Shown here in pieces: positions 1 to 10,762 of a stretch of 64,000 nucleotides of DNA. The notes beneath the pieces were generated by a model. That model did no database searches. It saw only the letters and a list, made by a program, of their open reading frames with translations, and was not told where the DNA came from. Made by a program: the position numbers and the translations under genes. The first letter of the stretch is position 1; the number at the start of each line of letters is the position of its first letter. This DNA is from Desulfonatronovibrio sp. (GTDB lineage Bacteria > Desulfobacterota > Desulfovibrionia > Desulfovibrionales > Desulfonatronovibrionaceae): assembly GCA_003557865.1 (NCBI GenBank), contig PWNK01000013.1:4307-68306 (forward strand), written 5' to 3'.

Positions 1-1
1 A

Positions 2-1849
2 AAACACAAGGACTGTCGCAACCTGCCCACGCCCAAGGTTGATGATGTTCTTGAGGCACTGGAGCACATTAAAAAATCCCCTGGAATCAAGGAGATAGTC
101 CTTACCGGCGGAGAGCCTCTGCTTAACAAGGAAACCCTGACCTGCGCCATTGAAGGTCTTGAACAGATCCCCCACATCCAGACCATCAGAATCGCTTCCC
201 GCTGCGTTTCCTATTATCCACAGCTTTTCTACGCCCACGACTCATTCTGGCTCAACTACCTCATAGAAAAAAACAGACTCCTGCAGGAAAACAACAAGAG
301 GATAGAAATTGCAACCCACTTCATCCACCCTGATGAAATATCCCACTACAGTCTGGACATCATCTCCAGGCTGGTCAATCAGGGTGTCGGGGTTTATACT
401 CAAACCCCTTTCTTAAAGGATTGCAATGATTCAGGACTTGAACTCACCAGACTCTACAATGAACTTCGAAGTGTGGGCTCGGAAATTCACTATGTGTATA
501 TACCGTGCAGCCCCATTCAGGGCAACAGGCTTTACTGGACGCCAATATCATCAGGCCATCAGGCCGCAGCCTACATGCGCGGGCATCTGTCCGACCGGGC
601 CATACCAATCATATGTACTGCCACAAAAATCGGCAAAATCGACTGGAACACCAGTGGCTGGGCTGTGAAAGAATCCCGGGAATATCCTGGGAAAATCTGG
701 ATTCGCACCCCGTACACTGAAAACTATTTCCGGGACTTTGCACCCCAGTTTGTATTACAGGAGTCAAAGGTAAACACTTCCGGGACTCTGGATACGGCTT
801 TCATGGCCGAAATAGGAGATGAATCTCTTTATCTTGGTGAGCTCAAAGAACCTGCTGCAGAGGCAAAGCCCTTCAATTCAATGAACCTGCTAGCCCTGCA
901 GAAGGAGATTATCAAAGATCAGCGTCTTCCCCACTCTATGGTCAACACTGGAATCGCCTCCCTAAAAAGACCCCACTTGACTACAGTTGAAATGGATATC
1001 GGGGCCCTGGAGGATTTCAAAGACGCCATCGAATACATATCCAGCAATCAGGCAGTGAGCGATGCGGTGCTGACCGCCAAGGGATGCATTCTTGATTTTC
1101 TTGAGATGCTCAGCATGTACACCAGACAGCTGCAGGCCGTACCTCACCTCAAGGCCATCCGGATCCGCAGCCTGACTTTCGCCTACAACCCGGAACTGTA
1201 CACGCCTGAGGTTGTGGAAACCATTGCCGGATTGAACAATATAAACGCTGCAAATCCCACCCGGGTTGAGCTCGAAACCCAGTTCATCCATTCCAGCGAA
1301 CTGAATGACCTCCACGGCCAGCTGATCCGGGAATTTATCTCCAGGGGAGTCACCGTATATAACAATATCCTTCTTCTTTCTGGGATCAACGACAATGTGG
1401 AGGAAATGAAAAAGATCTGTTACCAGTGCCGTCAGGTCGGAATTGAACTGATGCTTCTTTACGCAGCGGGCATGCCGGTTCAGGAGAAATGGAACGTAAA
1501 TGATCCCATTGACGCCACAACTGTTATTCACATCGCCACCCACCTTCGCCGCTACCAGAGCGGAAGGGAGGTCCCTCTCTACGCTGTTAAGACCCCGCTT
1601 GGAGACGCTGACTTCAACTTCACTGCCAAAATCGTCAAGACCGGGAGCGAAAAAAGCCCTGACCAGGATAAGGATACAGGACATGTCTGGATGAAGCTCT
1701 TACCGTATAACCTGAATTACTACCGGGTGCTGGACCCAGGTTTCTGCTGGCCTGAAGGGGTAAAGGAGGAAGATGGGCATCCAGTGGTCAAGGTCAGGGG
1801 ACTGACTGTGGCCAGCAACAGGGATTTCTTTATTGCGGCAAGGTCATAG
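2..1849 (+). CDS. KamA/lysine-2,3-aminomutase-like radical SAM protein with a duplicated degenerate second domain (5' end outside the window)
   Basis: Frame of ORF 473..1849 is open from position 2: KHKDCRNLPTPKVDDVLEALEHIKKSPGIKEIVLTGGEPLL...IRIASR...IATHFIHPDEI...VYTQTPFLKDCND, the KamA-family motif series. The CxxxCxxC motif is presumably upstream of the window. Confidence 0.85.
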   Translation, partial: KHKDCRNLPTPKVDDVLEALEHIKKSPGIKEIVLTGGEPLLNKETLTCAIEGLEQIPHIQTIRIASRCVSYYPQLFYAHDSFWLNYLIEKNRLLQENNKRIEIATHFIHPDEISHYSLDIISRLVNQGVGVYTQTPFLKDCNDSGLELTRLYNELRSVGSEIHYVYIPCSPIQGNRLYWTPISSGHQAAAYMRGHLSDRAIPIICTATKIGKIDWNTSGWAVKESREYPGKIWIRTPYTENYFRDFAPQFVLQESKVNTSGTLDTAFMAEIGDESLYLGELKEPAAEAKPFNSMNLLALQKEIIKDQRLPHSMVNTGIASLKRPHLTTVEMDIGALEDFKDAIEYISSNQAVSDAVLTAKGCILDFLEMLSMYTRQLQAVPHLKAIRIRSLTFAYNPELYTPEVVETIAGLNNINAANPTRVELETQFIHSSELNDLHGQLIREFISRGVTVYNNILLLSGINDNVEEMKKICYQCRQVGIELMLLYAAGMPVQEKWNVNDPIDATTVIHIATHLRRYQSGREVPLYAVKTPLGDADFNFTAKIVKTGSEKSPDQDKDTGHVWMKLLPYNLNYYRVLDPGFCWPEGVKEEDGHPVVKVRGLTVASNRDFFIAARS

Positions 1850-1985
1850 GCGGAGTCCGGGTCAGAGATAAAGGACCCTGCAAAGCTCTGTTCTTATAAT
1901 AGTTGACACAGCTCAACCATGACCAGCTGAGGTTCCTGGATTCATCCTGTCGGCTCTTGACCGTGCTTTTTCAAAAAACATGAAA

Positions 1986-2717
1986 TTATTCCAGGGCATT
2001 GATCTTTAAAAGCAGATTGGGATCAGGACAAAGCCGCAGATACCTTTTCTGCTGATCAAGTGAGCATACCCCCGGGAAATCGCCCTCTTTTCCCAGCAGA
2101 TCGGTGATAATTTCAAAGTGAACATGGGGAGGCCAGCTCCCGTTTTCATGAATATCACCCACCCGGCCAATTTTCTGTCCCGCCTTAACTTCCTTGTTTT
2201 TATATAATAATTTCAAGGAATTTCTGCTCAGATGGCCGTACAGGGTATACAGCCTTAAATCTCCCAGTAAGTGTTCCAGGATAACAGTCGGTCCGTAATC
2301 TCCAAAGGCCCTGTTGTCCTGAAAGCTGTGCACCCTCCCGTCCAGTGCGGCCAGAACCGGGGTTTGGGCCGCAACCCACAGATCAATCCCCACATGCAGG
2401 GTCCGGCGCTGTCCAGGAGCATCCGGGGATGAATCAAAAACCGGACTTTTGTTGTAAATGGTCCGGTTTTCATTGTACCTGCCCACCCCCACCCGGGCGT
2501 TGCCTTGCTTGAGCTTCTGGAAAATATAGCGGGTGAAAGCAGGGGTATCTGACACATCCAGGCTTTCAAGTTCAGGATTTTCGCCGGTGAAGTCAAAGAC
2601 AACCAGGTTTTCGGCATTCAAATCATAGGGTATTACCTTTGCCCCCTGTCTTTTCTCCAGAGAATCCATAATTCTGTCTGCAAGGCGATCTACGGTATTT
2701 TGCTTTTCTGCGACCAT
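1986..2717 (-). CDS. M23 family peptidase domain protein (no signal peptide)
   Basis: HVGIDL (HxxxD), YGHL and PPHVHF (HxH) motifs. Confidence 0.85.
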   Translation of the reverse strand: MVAEKQNTVDRLADRIMDSLEKRQGAKVIPYDLNAENLVVFDFTGENPELESLDVSDTPAFTRYIFQKLKQGNARVGVGRYNENRTIYNKSPVFDSSPDAPGQRRTLHVGIDLWVAAQTPVLAALDGRVHSFQDNRAFGDYGPTVILEHLLGDLRLYTLYGHLSRNSLKLLYKNKEVKAGQKIGRVGDIHENGSWPPHVHFEIITDLLGKEGDFPGVCSLDQQKRYLRLCPDPNLLLKINALE

Positions 2718-2724
2718 AAAAACT

Positions 2725-3975
2725 TTACTCAGATATTCTGGTTATTCTTGCCCCGGCAGCGGACAATTTTTTCTCCATGTTTTCATATCCCCGGTCCAAG
2801 TGGTAAATCCTCTGAACTTCTGTCTTTCCCCTGGCTGCCAGTCCCGCCAGTACCAGGCTGGCACTGGCCCTCAAATCAGAAGCCATTACCGGGGCTCCGG
2901 TGAGCAGCACTCCTCCCCGGACAACAGCATTCTGCCCGGAAAGCTTTATCCTGGCCCCCATTCGAATCAGTTCCTGGGCATGCATGAAACGGTTCTCAAA
3001 AATGGTCTCCCTGATTATACCAGATCCTCTGGCCACACACATGACAGCCATTATTTGAGCCTGCATGTCGGTGGGAAATCCGGGATAAGGCAGGGTGACC
3101 ACGTCCACGCAGGAAAGATCCTGATCTGCCTTTACCCTGACCCCGCCAGCATCGCTGCTGATCTTAACTCCCATTTCCCTAAACTTGGAAATCACCGCTT
3201 CAAGCTCATGAAAAGGACAGTTGGTCAGAACAAGATCCCCCCGGGTTATGGCCCCTGCGGCCATGTAAGTTCCGGCTTCTATCCGGTCGGACATTACCCT
3301 GTATCGACATCCTTCAAGAGAGGAAACACCGGATATCCTGATTACGCTTGTTCCGTGCCCAGATATTCTTGCCCCGCAGGAATTCAAAAATTCCGCCAGA
3401 TCAACTATTTCCGGCTCTCTGGCCGCGTTTTCAAGCATGGATTCCCCATTGGCCAGACTTGCTGCCATGAGCAGATTTTCAGTCCCGCCGACCGTGGGAA
3501 AATCGAAAATTATGTGTGCTCCCTTGAGCCCATTGCACGAACCCAGAATATAGCCTGATTCGAGCTTGAAAACCGCTCCCATCTGCTCCAAAGCCCTTAA
3601 GTGCAGGTCCACAGGACGGGACCCGATGGCGCATCCCCCGGGCAGGGCGACCTTGGCCTTTCCGATCTTTGCCAGAAGAGGTCCAAGACACAGCACTGAA
3701 GCGCGCATGGTCCTGACCAGTTCATAGGGAGCTTCAGGGAGAAGACTTCCCTTTGAAACCAGAACCTCTTCCCCGCTGAAACCTGATTCACACCCAAGCA
3801 GGGTCAGAAGCTCAATAGTGGTTTTTATGTCCCTGAGCCGGGGAACGTTTTCCAGGATAACGTTGCCCTCAGACATAAGAGAGGCGATAAGTATCGGCAG
3901 GGATGCGTTCTTTGATCCGCTGATTCTGATTTCACCCTCCAGCCTTGTACCGCCTTCAATCACCAGCTTATCCAT
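2725..3975 (-). CDS. murA: UDP-N-acetylglucosamine 1-carboxyvinyltransferase
   Basis: [53 protein letters not shown]; start reassigned to ATG at 3975. Confidence 0.97.
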   Translation of the reverse strand: MDKLVIEGGTRLEGEIRISGSKNASLPILIASLMSEGNVILENVPRLRDIKTTIELLTLLGCESGFSGEEVLVSKGSLLPEAPYELVRTMRASVLCLGPLLAKIGKAKVALPGGCAIGSRPVDLHLRALEQMGAVFKLESGYILGSCNGLKGAHIIFDFPTVGGTENLLMAASLANGESMLENAAREPEIVDLAEFLNSCGARISGHGTSVIRISGVSSLEGCRYRVMSDRIEAGTYMAAGAITRGDLVLTNCPFHELEAVISKFREMGVKISSDAGGVRVKADQDLSCVDVVTLPYPGFPTDMQAQIMAVMCVARGSGIIRETIFENRFMHAQELIRMGARIKLSGQNAVVRGGVLLTGAPVMASDLRASASLVLAGLAARGKTEVQRIYHLDRGYENMEKKLSAAGARITRISE

Positions 3976-4222
3976 AACATTTCCTTTGGGACTGCAGTTT
4001 GTTTTAATGGAGACCTTGCCGCTGCTGTGGACAAAACAGCAGGCTGGTTCTTCCTGATAACTATTCTTTGCCAAGCTTCATTTAAATGCTCAACAGATGG
4101 CTGTAAACCTTTTTCCCTTGACTAAAGCAATATTTTTAAGGCAAAAAATCCAGTGTTGTCATAATTGTTTCTAATTTTTTAGCTTTGAAACCAATATTTC
4201 CAGACGCTCAAGGAGAACTGAC

Positions 4223-5527
4223 ATGGTCTTTGACGTTCAAAACGAAACATTGCCCAGAGATGAACTGGAAAGCCTGCAACTGGCAAGACTTAAGTATCTG
4301 GTCCAGAAAGTCTATCACAATGTTCCCTTCTACAACCAGAAGTTCAATGAAATGGGGATCAAACCGGAAAGAGTCAAGTCTCTCCCGGACCTGAAGAATC
4401 TCCCTTTTACCGAAAAACAGGACCTGCGCAACAACTATCCTTTCGGCCTTTTTGCTGTTCCCAGAGAAAGCGTGGTCAGGGTTCATGTTTCCTCGGGCAC
4501 AACCGGAAAGGCTACAGTTGTCGGCTACACCCAAAGAGATGTTGACAACTGGTCCAGGCTCATGGCCAGATCTTTTGAGGCCTGCGGCGTTACAAGGGCT
4601 GATATCGTCCACAATGCCTATGGCTATGGACTTTTTACCGGAGGTCTGGGGGCTCATTATGGTGCTGAAGCGCTGGGAGCTACTATCCTCCCGGTTTCCG
4701 GAGGGGCTACCAAGCGTCAGGTGATGCTCATGAAAGATTTCGGTCCCACCGTAATCTGCTGCACTCCCTCATACGCCCTGCATCTTTATGAAACCGCTCT
4801 GGCCAACGGGATCAGCATTGATGACCTCAAGCTTCGGGTTGGCATTTTCGGGGCCGAACCTTGGACTGAAGAGATGCGGCACGATATTCAGAACAAGCTT
4901 CGGCTTAAGGCTCTGGACATATACGGTTTGTCAGAGATTATGGGCCCCGGGGTGGGCATAGAATGCATAGCCGCCCAGAACGGCCTGCACATCTGGGAAG
5001 ATCATTTTCTCATTGAAATAATTGATCCCGCCACAGGCGAAACCCTTCCCCCGGGTGAAAAGGGTGAGCTGGTCATAACCACACTGACCAAGGAGGCACA
5101 GCCGCTCATTCGTTACCGGACAAGGGATATAACCAGAATCAATCCGGTTCCCTGCAGATGCGGAAGAACCCATTTCCGCATTGAACGTATTACCGGAAGA
5201 AGCGATGACATGCTTATCATCAGGGGAGTCAATGTCTTTCCCTCTCAGATAGAGAGCATTCTCCTTGAGACCCAGGGATTATCCCCTCATTATCAGCTCA
5301 TAGTCGACCGCAAGGGATCCATGGACATCCTGGAGGTTCAGGTTGAGGTCGATGAAAAGCTGTTCTCTGATGAAATCAGGCATCTTCAGGAAACAGAAAA
5401 AAAGATAATGTCCCATATCAAGGAATTTCTTGGTGTAACCGCCAAGATAACCCTTGTGGAACCCAGAACCATCGCCAGGTCCGAAGGCAAGGCCAAGCGG
5501 ATCATCGACAAAAGAAATCTCCAGTAA
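4223..5527 (+). CDS. paaK: Phenylacetate-CoA ligase family protein
   Basis: [54 protein letters not shown]. Confidence 0.93.
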   Translation: MVFDVQNETLPRDELESLQLARLKYLVQKVYHNVPFYNQKFNEMGIKPERVKSLPDLKNLPFTEKQDLRNNYPFGLFAVPRESVVRVHVSSGTTGKATVVGYTQRDVDNWSRLMARSFEACGVTRADIVHNAYGYGLFTGGLGAHYGAEALGATILPVSGGATKRQVMLMKDFGPTVICCTPSYALHLYETALANGISIDDLKLRVGIFGAEPWTEEMRHDIQNKLRLKALDIYGLSEIMGPGVGIECIAAQNGLHIWEDHFLIEIIDPATGETLPPGEKGELVITTLTKEAQPLIRYRTRDITRINPVPCRCGRTHFRIERITGRSDDMLIIRGVNVFPSQIESILLETQGLSPHYQLIVDRKGSMDILEVQVEVDEKLFSDEIRHLQETEKKIMSHIKEFLGVTAKITLVEPRTIARSEGKAKRIIDKRNLQ

Positions 5528-5553
5528 AACATTAATCAACCGGGAGGTTAAAC

Positions 5554-5985
5554 ATGAAGGTCGAACAGATATCAATCTTTCTTGAAAACAGGGCCGGAAG
5601 ACTGGCCGATGTTACCAGGGCCCTGTCCGAGGCCGGGGTCAACATCAGGGCCTTGTCCCTGGCGGACACCAGTGACTTTGGAATCCTGAGACTGATTGTC
5701 ACAGATCATGAAAAGGCCAAAAAGGCCCTCAAGGACAACGGTTTTACCGTGGGCCGGACCAACGTGGTGGCAGCGGAGGTGGAAGACAGGCCGGGAGGGC
5801 TTCATTCCATTCTGTCCATGCTCAGTGAAAATGGAATCAACGTTGAATATATGTACGCCTTTGTCCAGCAGAGCGGGAAAAACGCGGTTCTCATCTTTCG
5901 TTTTGACCGGACCGATGAAGCCATTGAAACCCTCCAGAAACACGGAGTCCGGATTATCCCCGGTGCTGAACTCTATAACATCTAG
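5554..5985 (+). CDS. Tandem ACT domain protein (usual paaK neighbour)
   Basis: [13 protein letters not shown]...[20 protein letters not shown]...DRPGGL...NVEYMYAF. Confidence 0.92.
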   Translation: MKVEQISIFLENRAGRLADVTRALSEAGVNIRALSLADTSDFGILRLIVTDHEKAKKALKDNGFTVGRTNVVAAEVEDRPGGLHSILSMLSENGINVEYMYAFVQQSGKNAVLIFRFDRTDEAIETLQKHGVRIIPGAELYNI

Positions 5986-6024
5986 TCTCAACTGTTTTCT
6001 GTGTTCAGGATTTTTTAATTATGC

Positions 6025-6053
6025 TTGACTGGAGTCTTGAGATAATTTAAATT
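6025..6053 (+). promoter_or_regulatory. Putative sigma70 promoter of tRNA-His
   Basis: TTGACT-17 nt-TAAATT ending 13 nt before the tRNA. Confidence 0.5.
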
Positions 6054-6066
6054 AAGCAATTCACAT

Positions 6067-6143
6067 GGTGGGTGTAGCTCAGTAGGTAGAGCACCTGGTT
6101 GTGGCCCAGGTGGCCGTGGGTTCAAGTCCCATCACTCACCCCA
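6067..6143 (+). tRNA. tRNA-His(GTG) with encoded G-1 and CCA
   Basis: G-GTGGGTG...TAGCTCAG...CCTGG TT GTG GC CCAGG...GTTCAAGTC...CACTCAC-C-CCA cloverleaf. Confidence 0.97.
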
Positions 6144-6150
6144 AATTTCT

Positions 6151-6183
6151 AAGGGTTAAGCGCCGTGCTTAACCCTTTTTTTT
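6151..6183 (+). terminator. Rho-independent terminator after tRNA-His
   Basis: AAGGGTTAAGC-GCCGT-GCTTAACCCTT followed by a T run. Confidence 0.85.
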
Positions 6184-6701
6184 ATGGTACTTATGTTCCG
6201 CCCGGCAGGATAAGCTCAGAAAAGTATTTACCGGATAACCATTCTACTGATTGCTTGTTTTTGGTCGCAATTTTATTACTGCCAGCCATCTGCCTAAAAA
6301 CAATAGTTTTTTCAATAATAATGACGGCACCTGAATCATCCTGTAAAACGATCCCATGGGCCAGAGTTTTCAAGGATTTCCTGAGTCAAGCCCAGCCCGC
6401 GATCCACTCACCTGTTCATGTCTTGTATTTTAATTTGTTTAAGCTTAATAACTCCTAGGGAAAATGACTGGTAAACCTCATAGGACTGGCTCCTCAGGAA
6501 TCAATCTCAACTGGAGTCCAGCCGGCAGTATCCAGGATTATTTCGTATCAAACAAAGCGTCGGACTGCCTGACCCTAATTCAGATCTGCTGAATATTCTT
6601 GAGGTTTGGCAAAAGAGTTGTTCCGGGAATGGCAATCCTCCGGACCAAGCCTGTTATAGTACCCGCCGGCATGGGACCGGTTTATTGGAGCACTTAAAAA
6701 A

Positions 6702-6905
6702 ATGAATAAAAATGAATTAAATGAAGTTATTATCAGCTTAAAGAAAAAATTGGCAAGGGGCAGAAATACCCTTGAACAGAACGTCCCCTGGATAGAAAAG
6801 AACCTTAAATCTTACGCCCAAAAGGTTGGAATCAAACCCCGGGATATTGATCGCTTCAAGGACAAGGTTAGAGAAAAACTGAAAGAGATTCAAAACCAGA
6901 AATGA
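6702..6905 (+). CDS. Small basic hypothetical protein (67 aa)
   Basis: GGAG RBS upstream; ATGA overlap with the next gene. Confidence 0.65.
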   Translation: MNKNELNEVIISLKKKLARGRNTLEQNVPWIEKNLKSYAQKVGIKPRDIDRFKDKVREKLKEIQNQK

Positions 6906-7657
6906 TTATCAGAAGCACAGGCGAGCTCAGAAAGCGATTTCAAGAACTGCGCACAGGTGACGTTTTTGTGGGCAATCTGGCCCTGAGACCTGGTGAAGAA
7001 TTCAAGGCCATTGACCTTTTGCACCGCGGGATCCTGGTATTTCCATCTTTACAGTCTCAGTTTTTGAGCCGGTCCAAGGTATTCCAGGCAGAAGTGTTGG
7101 GGCCGTTCATGCTTAAGCATACTTTTGTGGCTTACAAAAACAGGGACCTTGTCCGCTGCCTTCCGGACTATGCCGGATACGGCCAGATTGTATGCAAAAG
7201 AGACAGAAAACACCTGGGACTGGGGATCAGCAGGTGGAACTGTCTGGAAGACCTGCAAAGCCTGGCCGCCATGGAGGCTCTGCCGTACCCTCTTGTGATT
7301 CAGCCCTTTCTAAGGGACGCCAGAGACATCAGGGTATTGATTATTGATGATTACTCAGAGGCTTACGAAAAAACAAACCATTACAGCTTCAGAAAAAACC
7401 TGGCTTACGGAGGAAAATCCAAAGCCATTGAAATAAGCTCCAAGCTTGATACTTTCTGCAAAAAAGTAATGGCTCGGGGGGATTTTCCTTATGCAGTTCT
7501 TGATATTCTCATGGATAGAAGTGATAATTGCTACCTCTCGGAAATTAATCTTTCCGCAGGACTTACAGGTTCCTCCATTGGACAGGATGAATTTATCACA
7601 AGAAAAATCCATGTCCACGACCGGTTTTGCCAAAGCCTTAATTCCCGACAATTGTAA
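6902..7657 (+). CDS. RimK-like ATP-grasp protein (short N-terminus)
   Basis: VIQPFL..ARDIRVLII, FRKNLAYGG, VLDIL...YLSEIN. Confidence 0.8.
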   Translation: MIIRSTGELRKRFQELRTGDVFVGNLALRPGEEFKAIDLLHRGILVFPSLQSQFLSRSKVFQAEVLGPFMLKHTFVAYKNRDLVRCLPDYAGYGQIVCKRDRKHLGLGISRWNCLEDLQSLAAMEALPYPLVIQPFLRDARDIRVLIIDDYSEAYEKTNHYSFRKNLAYGGKSKAIEISSKLDTFCKKVMARGDFPYAVLDILMDRSDNCYLSEINLSAGLTGSSIGQDEFITRKIHVHDRFCQSLNSRQL

Positions 7658-7771
7658 TGAGATAACAATGGGCATTACTCTGGTTCTTAATCCTCACTGA
7701 ATTTTCTTGATTTTCAGACCATCATATGCTTATTCTGTATTTTGACGTTTTTTCAGATTGGAGGAATGCAA

Positions 7772-8848
7772 ATGGACTTTCCAGAACTTAAAATAAAGGA
7801 TCTTGTAGCCAAAGTGCCCATTATTCAGGGAGGAATGGGTGTGGGCATATCCCTTTCCGGACTGTCGTCGGCTGTGGCCAACCAAGGCGGGATTGGCGTT
7901 ATTTCAGCGGCCATGATAGGTGTGGATGAGCCTGATGTGGCCAGAAATCCGATCCAGGCCCATATCAGGGCCCTGAAGAGAGAAATCAGCAAGGCCAGGG
8001 AAATGACCTCGGGCATTCTGGGAGTGAATATCATGGTTGCCCTGACCAACTTCACGGACATGGTCAAGACTTCCATTCAGGAGGGAATTGATATTATCTT
8101 CTCAGGGGCCGGCCTCCCCTTTGATCTGCCCAAATATCTTCAGGAAGAATCACATACTAAGCTGGTTCCCATTGTTTCTTCAGCACGTGCGGCGAAAATT
8201 ATCTGTAAAAAATGGCTTTCAAAATTCAATTACCTGCCTGACGGCCTGGTGGTTGAAGGCCCGCTTGCAGGCGGACATCTAGGCTTTAAGTCAGAGCAGC
8301 TTGAAGACCCGGCCTACAGGCTGGAGAATCTTGTACTGGAAGTTGTTGAAAGCGTTAAGCCTTTTGAACAGGATGCCGGGAAATCCATCCCGGTTATTGC
8401 TGCCGGAGGAATATACACAGGCGCGGACATCTGCCGCTTTCTCAGAATGGGGGCCTCTGGAGTCCAGCTGGGAACCAGGTTCGTCGCCACCCATGAATGC
8501 GACGCGGACATGGGCTTCAAACAGGCCTTTATTGATTCCAGAGAGGAAGACATAATGGTCATCAAAAGTCCGGTGGGTATGCCTGGAAGGGCCCTGCGAA
8601 ACGAGTTCCTGGAAGATGTTGAACAGGGGGGAAGAAGGCCGTTTAAATGTCCATACCACTGCATTGTTACCTGCGATTACACCAAAAGTCCCTACTGCAT
8701 TGCCTCTGCCCTGAACAACGCCAAAAAGGGCAGGATGCACAAAGGCTTTGCCTTTGCAGGTCAAACTGCCTACCGGATAAAAGAACTCATGTCTGTAAAG
8801 GAACTTATTGACTCCCTGCGGAAAGAATACTCAGAGGCCTGCGCCTGA
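7772..8848 (+). CDS. Nitronate monooxygenase/FabK/FabX-family flavin oxidoreductase with a C-terminal Cys cluster
   Basis: IIQGGMGVGIS, EGPLAGGHLG, VIAAGGI, GVQLGTRF, CPYHCIVTC...YCI; RBS GGAGGA at 7760. Confidence 0.88.
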   Translation: MDFPELKIKDLVAKVPIIQGGMGVGISLSGLSSAVANQGGIGVISAAMIGVDEPDVARNPIQAHIRALKREISKAREMTSGILGVNIMVALTNFTDMVKTSIQEGIDIIFSGAGLPFDLPKYLQEESHTKLVPIVSSARAAKIICKKWLSKFNYLPDGLVVEGPLAGGHLGFKSEQLEDPAYRLENLVLEVVESVKPFEQDAGKSIPVIAAGGIYTGADICRFLRMGASGVQLGTRFVATHECDADMGFKQAFIDSREEDIMVIKSPVGMPGRALRNEFLEDVEQGGRRPFKCPYHCIVTCDYTKSPYCIASALNNAKKGRMHKGFAFAGQTAYRIKELMSVKELIDSLRKEYSEACA

Positions 8849-9038
8849 CACCTTTTCTCCGGTCAATAATGTGGACAGGGCTCTCAGGTCCTTGCGGATT
8901 TCCTCCCCCTTTTGAGATATCCATCAGCGGCCACAGCCCCTGAGGGATCTTTCATGAGAATTGCCTCACCAGTTTTCAGGGCTGCTGTTCTCTTGTCGGA
9001 CCTCAAAAACGGGGATAATCTGCAGAATATACTCCAAT

Positions 9039-9866
9039 ATGATATCCAAGGTCTTGCACAGGTTCTACAGGGTTGTTCTTTCCAGCAGTTTTCAGGATAT
9101 TGTCAAATTCCTTTTAATCCTCGGCGCTATTGTCTGGCTGATCTCAGCAGGCTCGGAAAAGCTTTACTATAACTGGCAATGGTACAGGGTTAAACAATTC
9201 ATCTTTACTTTTGACCAGGGTACTTTCATTCCAGGCCCCCTCCTGCAGGGTCTCTGGGTAACTTTGAAAATCACCTTCATCAGTCTTTTTCTGGCTTTAT
9301 TTTTTGGACTGACAGCCGCCATATTCAGACTTTCCAACTCCATGGTGGCCGGACTGACCGCCAGAGTCTATGTGGAATCAATCCGCAACACTCCCCTGCT
9401 TATCCAGTTACTGTTCAACTACTTTGTTCTTTCTCCCATTCTGGGCATCTCTCCGTTTATGACTGCTGTTCTTACATTGAGCCTTTTTGAAGGTGCTTAC
9501 GCCTCGGAAATCATCAGGGCCGGAATTCAGTCCATTGACAAAGGACAATGGGAATCAGCTCAGAGTACTGGACTTAACAAAACCCAGACGTATTTTTACG
9601 TCATAATTCCTCAGGCTTACAGATTCCTGATCCCCCCCCTGACCAACCAGAGCGTGGCCCTGCTCAAGGACTCTGCATTAGTAAGCACTATAGCCATCTA
9701 TGACTTGACAATGCAGGGCCAGGTCATAGTATCTAATACTTTTTTGACTTTTGAAATCTGGTTTACTGTTGCCGCCATTTATCTGGTCATCGCCTTGATC
9801 ATCACCTTCATTGTCTTTGTGCTGGAAAAACATCTTCAAGGCGACAGGTCCGTTATAAAAAATTGA
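9039..9866 (+). CDS. Polar amino acid ABC transporter permease
   Basis: RNTPLLIQL, EGAYASEIIRAGIQSIDKGQWESA, LLKDSALVS. Confidence 0.92.
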   Translation: MISKVLHRFYRVVLSSSFQDIVKFLLILGAIVWLISAGSEKLYYNWQWYRVKQFIFTFDQGTFIPGPLLQGLWVTLKITFISLFLALFFGLTAAIFRLSNSMVAGLTARVYVESIRNTPLLIQLLFNYFVLSPILGISPFMTAVLTLSLFEGAYASEIIRAGIQSIDKGQWESAQSTGLNKTQTYFYVIIPQAYRFLIPPLTNQSVALLKDSALVSTIAIYDLTMQGQVIVSNTFLTFEIWFTVAAIYLVIALIITFIVFVLEKHLQGDRSVIKN

Positions 9867-9902
9867 GCAAATCATTTTATTGATCTTCAGGCAGGAGGAT
9901 GT

Positions 9903-10724
9903 ATGCACCTTTTTAAAAGCGCTATTCTTATACTTATTCTTCTTTTCACTGCTTCAGATGCCTGGTCATCTCAAATCCGCTCTCAGCTTGTTCAGGAAAG
10001 TACGTTGGAGCAGATCATGAAAAGGGGGGTGATGAGAGTCGGAATGTCGACCTTTGTCCCGTGGGCCATGCAGAACAAAGAAGGGAATTTCATTGGCTTT
10101 GAGATAGATGTTGCCCAGAGACTGGCCTCGGACATGGGTGTCAAGGCCGAGTTCATTCCCACCAGATGGTCAGGGATCATCCCTGCCCTGCTCACGGGAA
10201 AGTTTGACATAATAATCGGGGGGATGGGCATCAAGCCGGACCGGAATCTCAAGGTCAACTTCTCCATGCCCTACGATTATACCGGGATGTCAATTGTCGC
10301 CCATAAGGAAAATGCCCGGGGCTTCAGCAGCCTGGAAGATTTCAATAAACAGGGGGTGACTGTCGCGGCCAGGCTGGGCACAACCGCTGCTGCCGCGGCC
10401 GACAGTTTCCTTCCAGAGGCTTCCTTAAGACTTTTTGATGATGAGGCTCAGGCCGTTCAGGAACTGCTCAACGGACGCGTCCATGCCGTAGTGGCTTCTG
10501 CTCCTCTGCCCGCCTTCCAAGCCCTGCTGCACCCGGAAAGATTATTTCTTCCCTTTGAAGAAACCTTCACCAGGGAACCCATAGGTTTTGCAGTCAGAAA
10601 AGGAGACTTTGACACCATTAACTTTCTTGATAACTGGATCAGATTTGTTCAGGCTGAGGGCTGGCTGGAACAGAGAAAAAAATACTGGTTTGAAACCAGG
10701 GACTGGGCTGACCAGATCAGATAG
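9903..10724 (+). CDS. Polar amino acid ABC transporter substrate-binding protein
   Basis: Signal peptide; [35 protein letters not shown]. Confidence 0.93.
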   Translation: MHLFKSAILILILLFTASDAWSSQIRSQLVQESTLEQIMKRGVMRVGMSTFVPWAMQNKEGNFIGFEIDVAQRLASDMGVKAEFIPTRWSGIIPALLTGKFDIIIGGMGIKPDRNLKVNFSMPYDYTGMSIVAHKENARGFSSLEDFNKQGVTVAARLGTTAAAAADSFLPEASLRLFDDEAQAVQELLNGRVHAVVASAPLPAFQALLHPERLFLPFEETFTREPIGFAVRKGDFDTINFLDNWIRFVQAEGWLEQRKKYWFETRDWADQIR

Positions 10725-10762
10725 CAGATTGCTGTTCATTATTATCACCCAAAGGAACATGG

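Noticed and set aside
6067-7657. tRNA-His as the attachment site of a genomic island
   Set aside because: No integrase and no duplicated tRNA 3' end were seen in the window; a terminator follows the tRNA directly.
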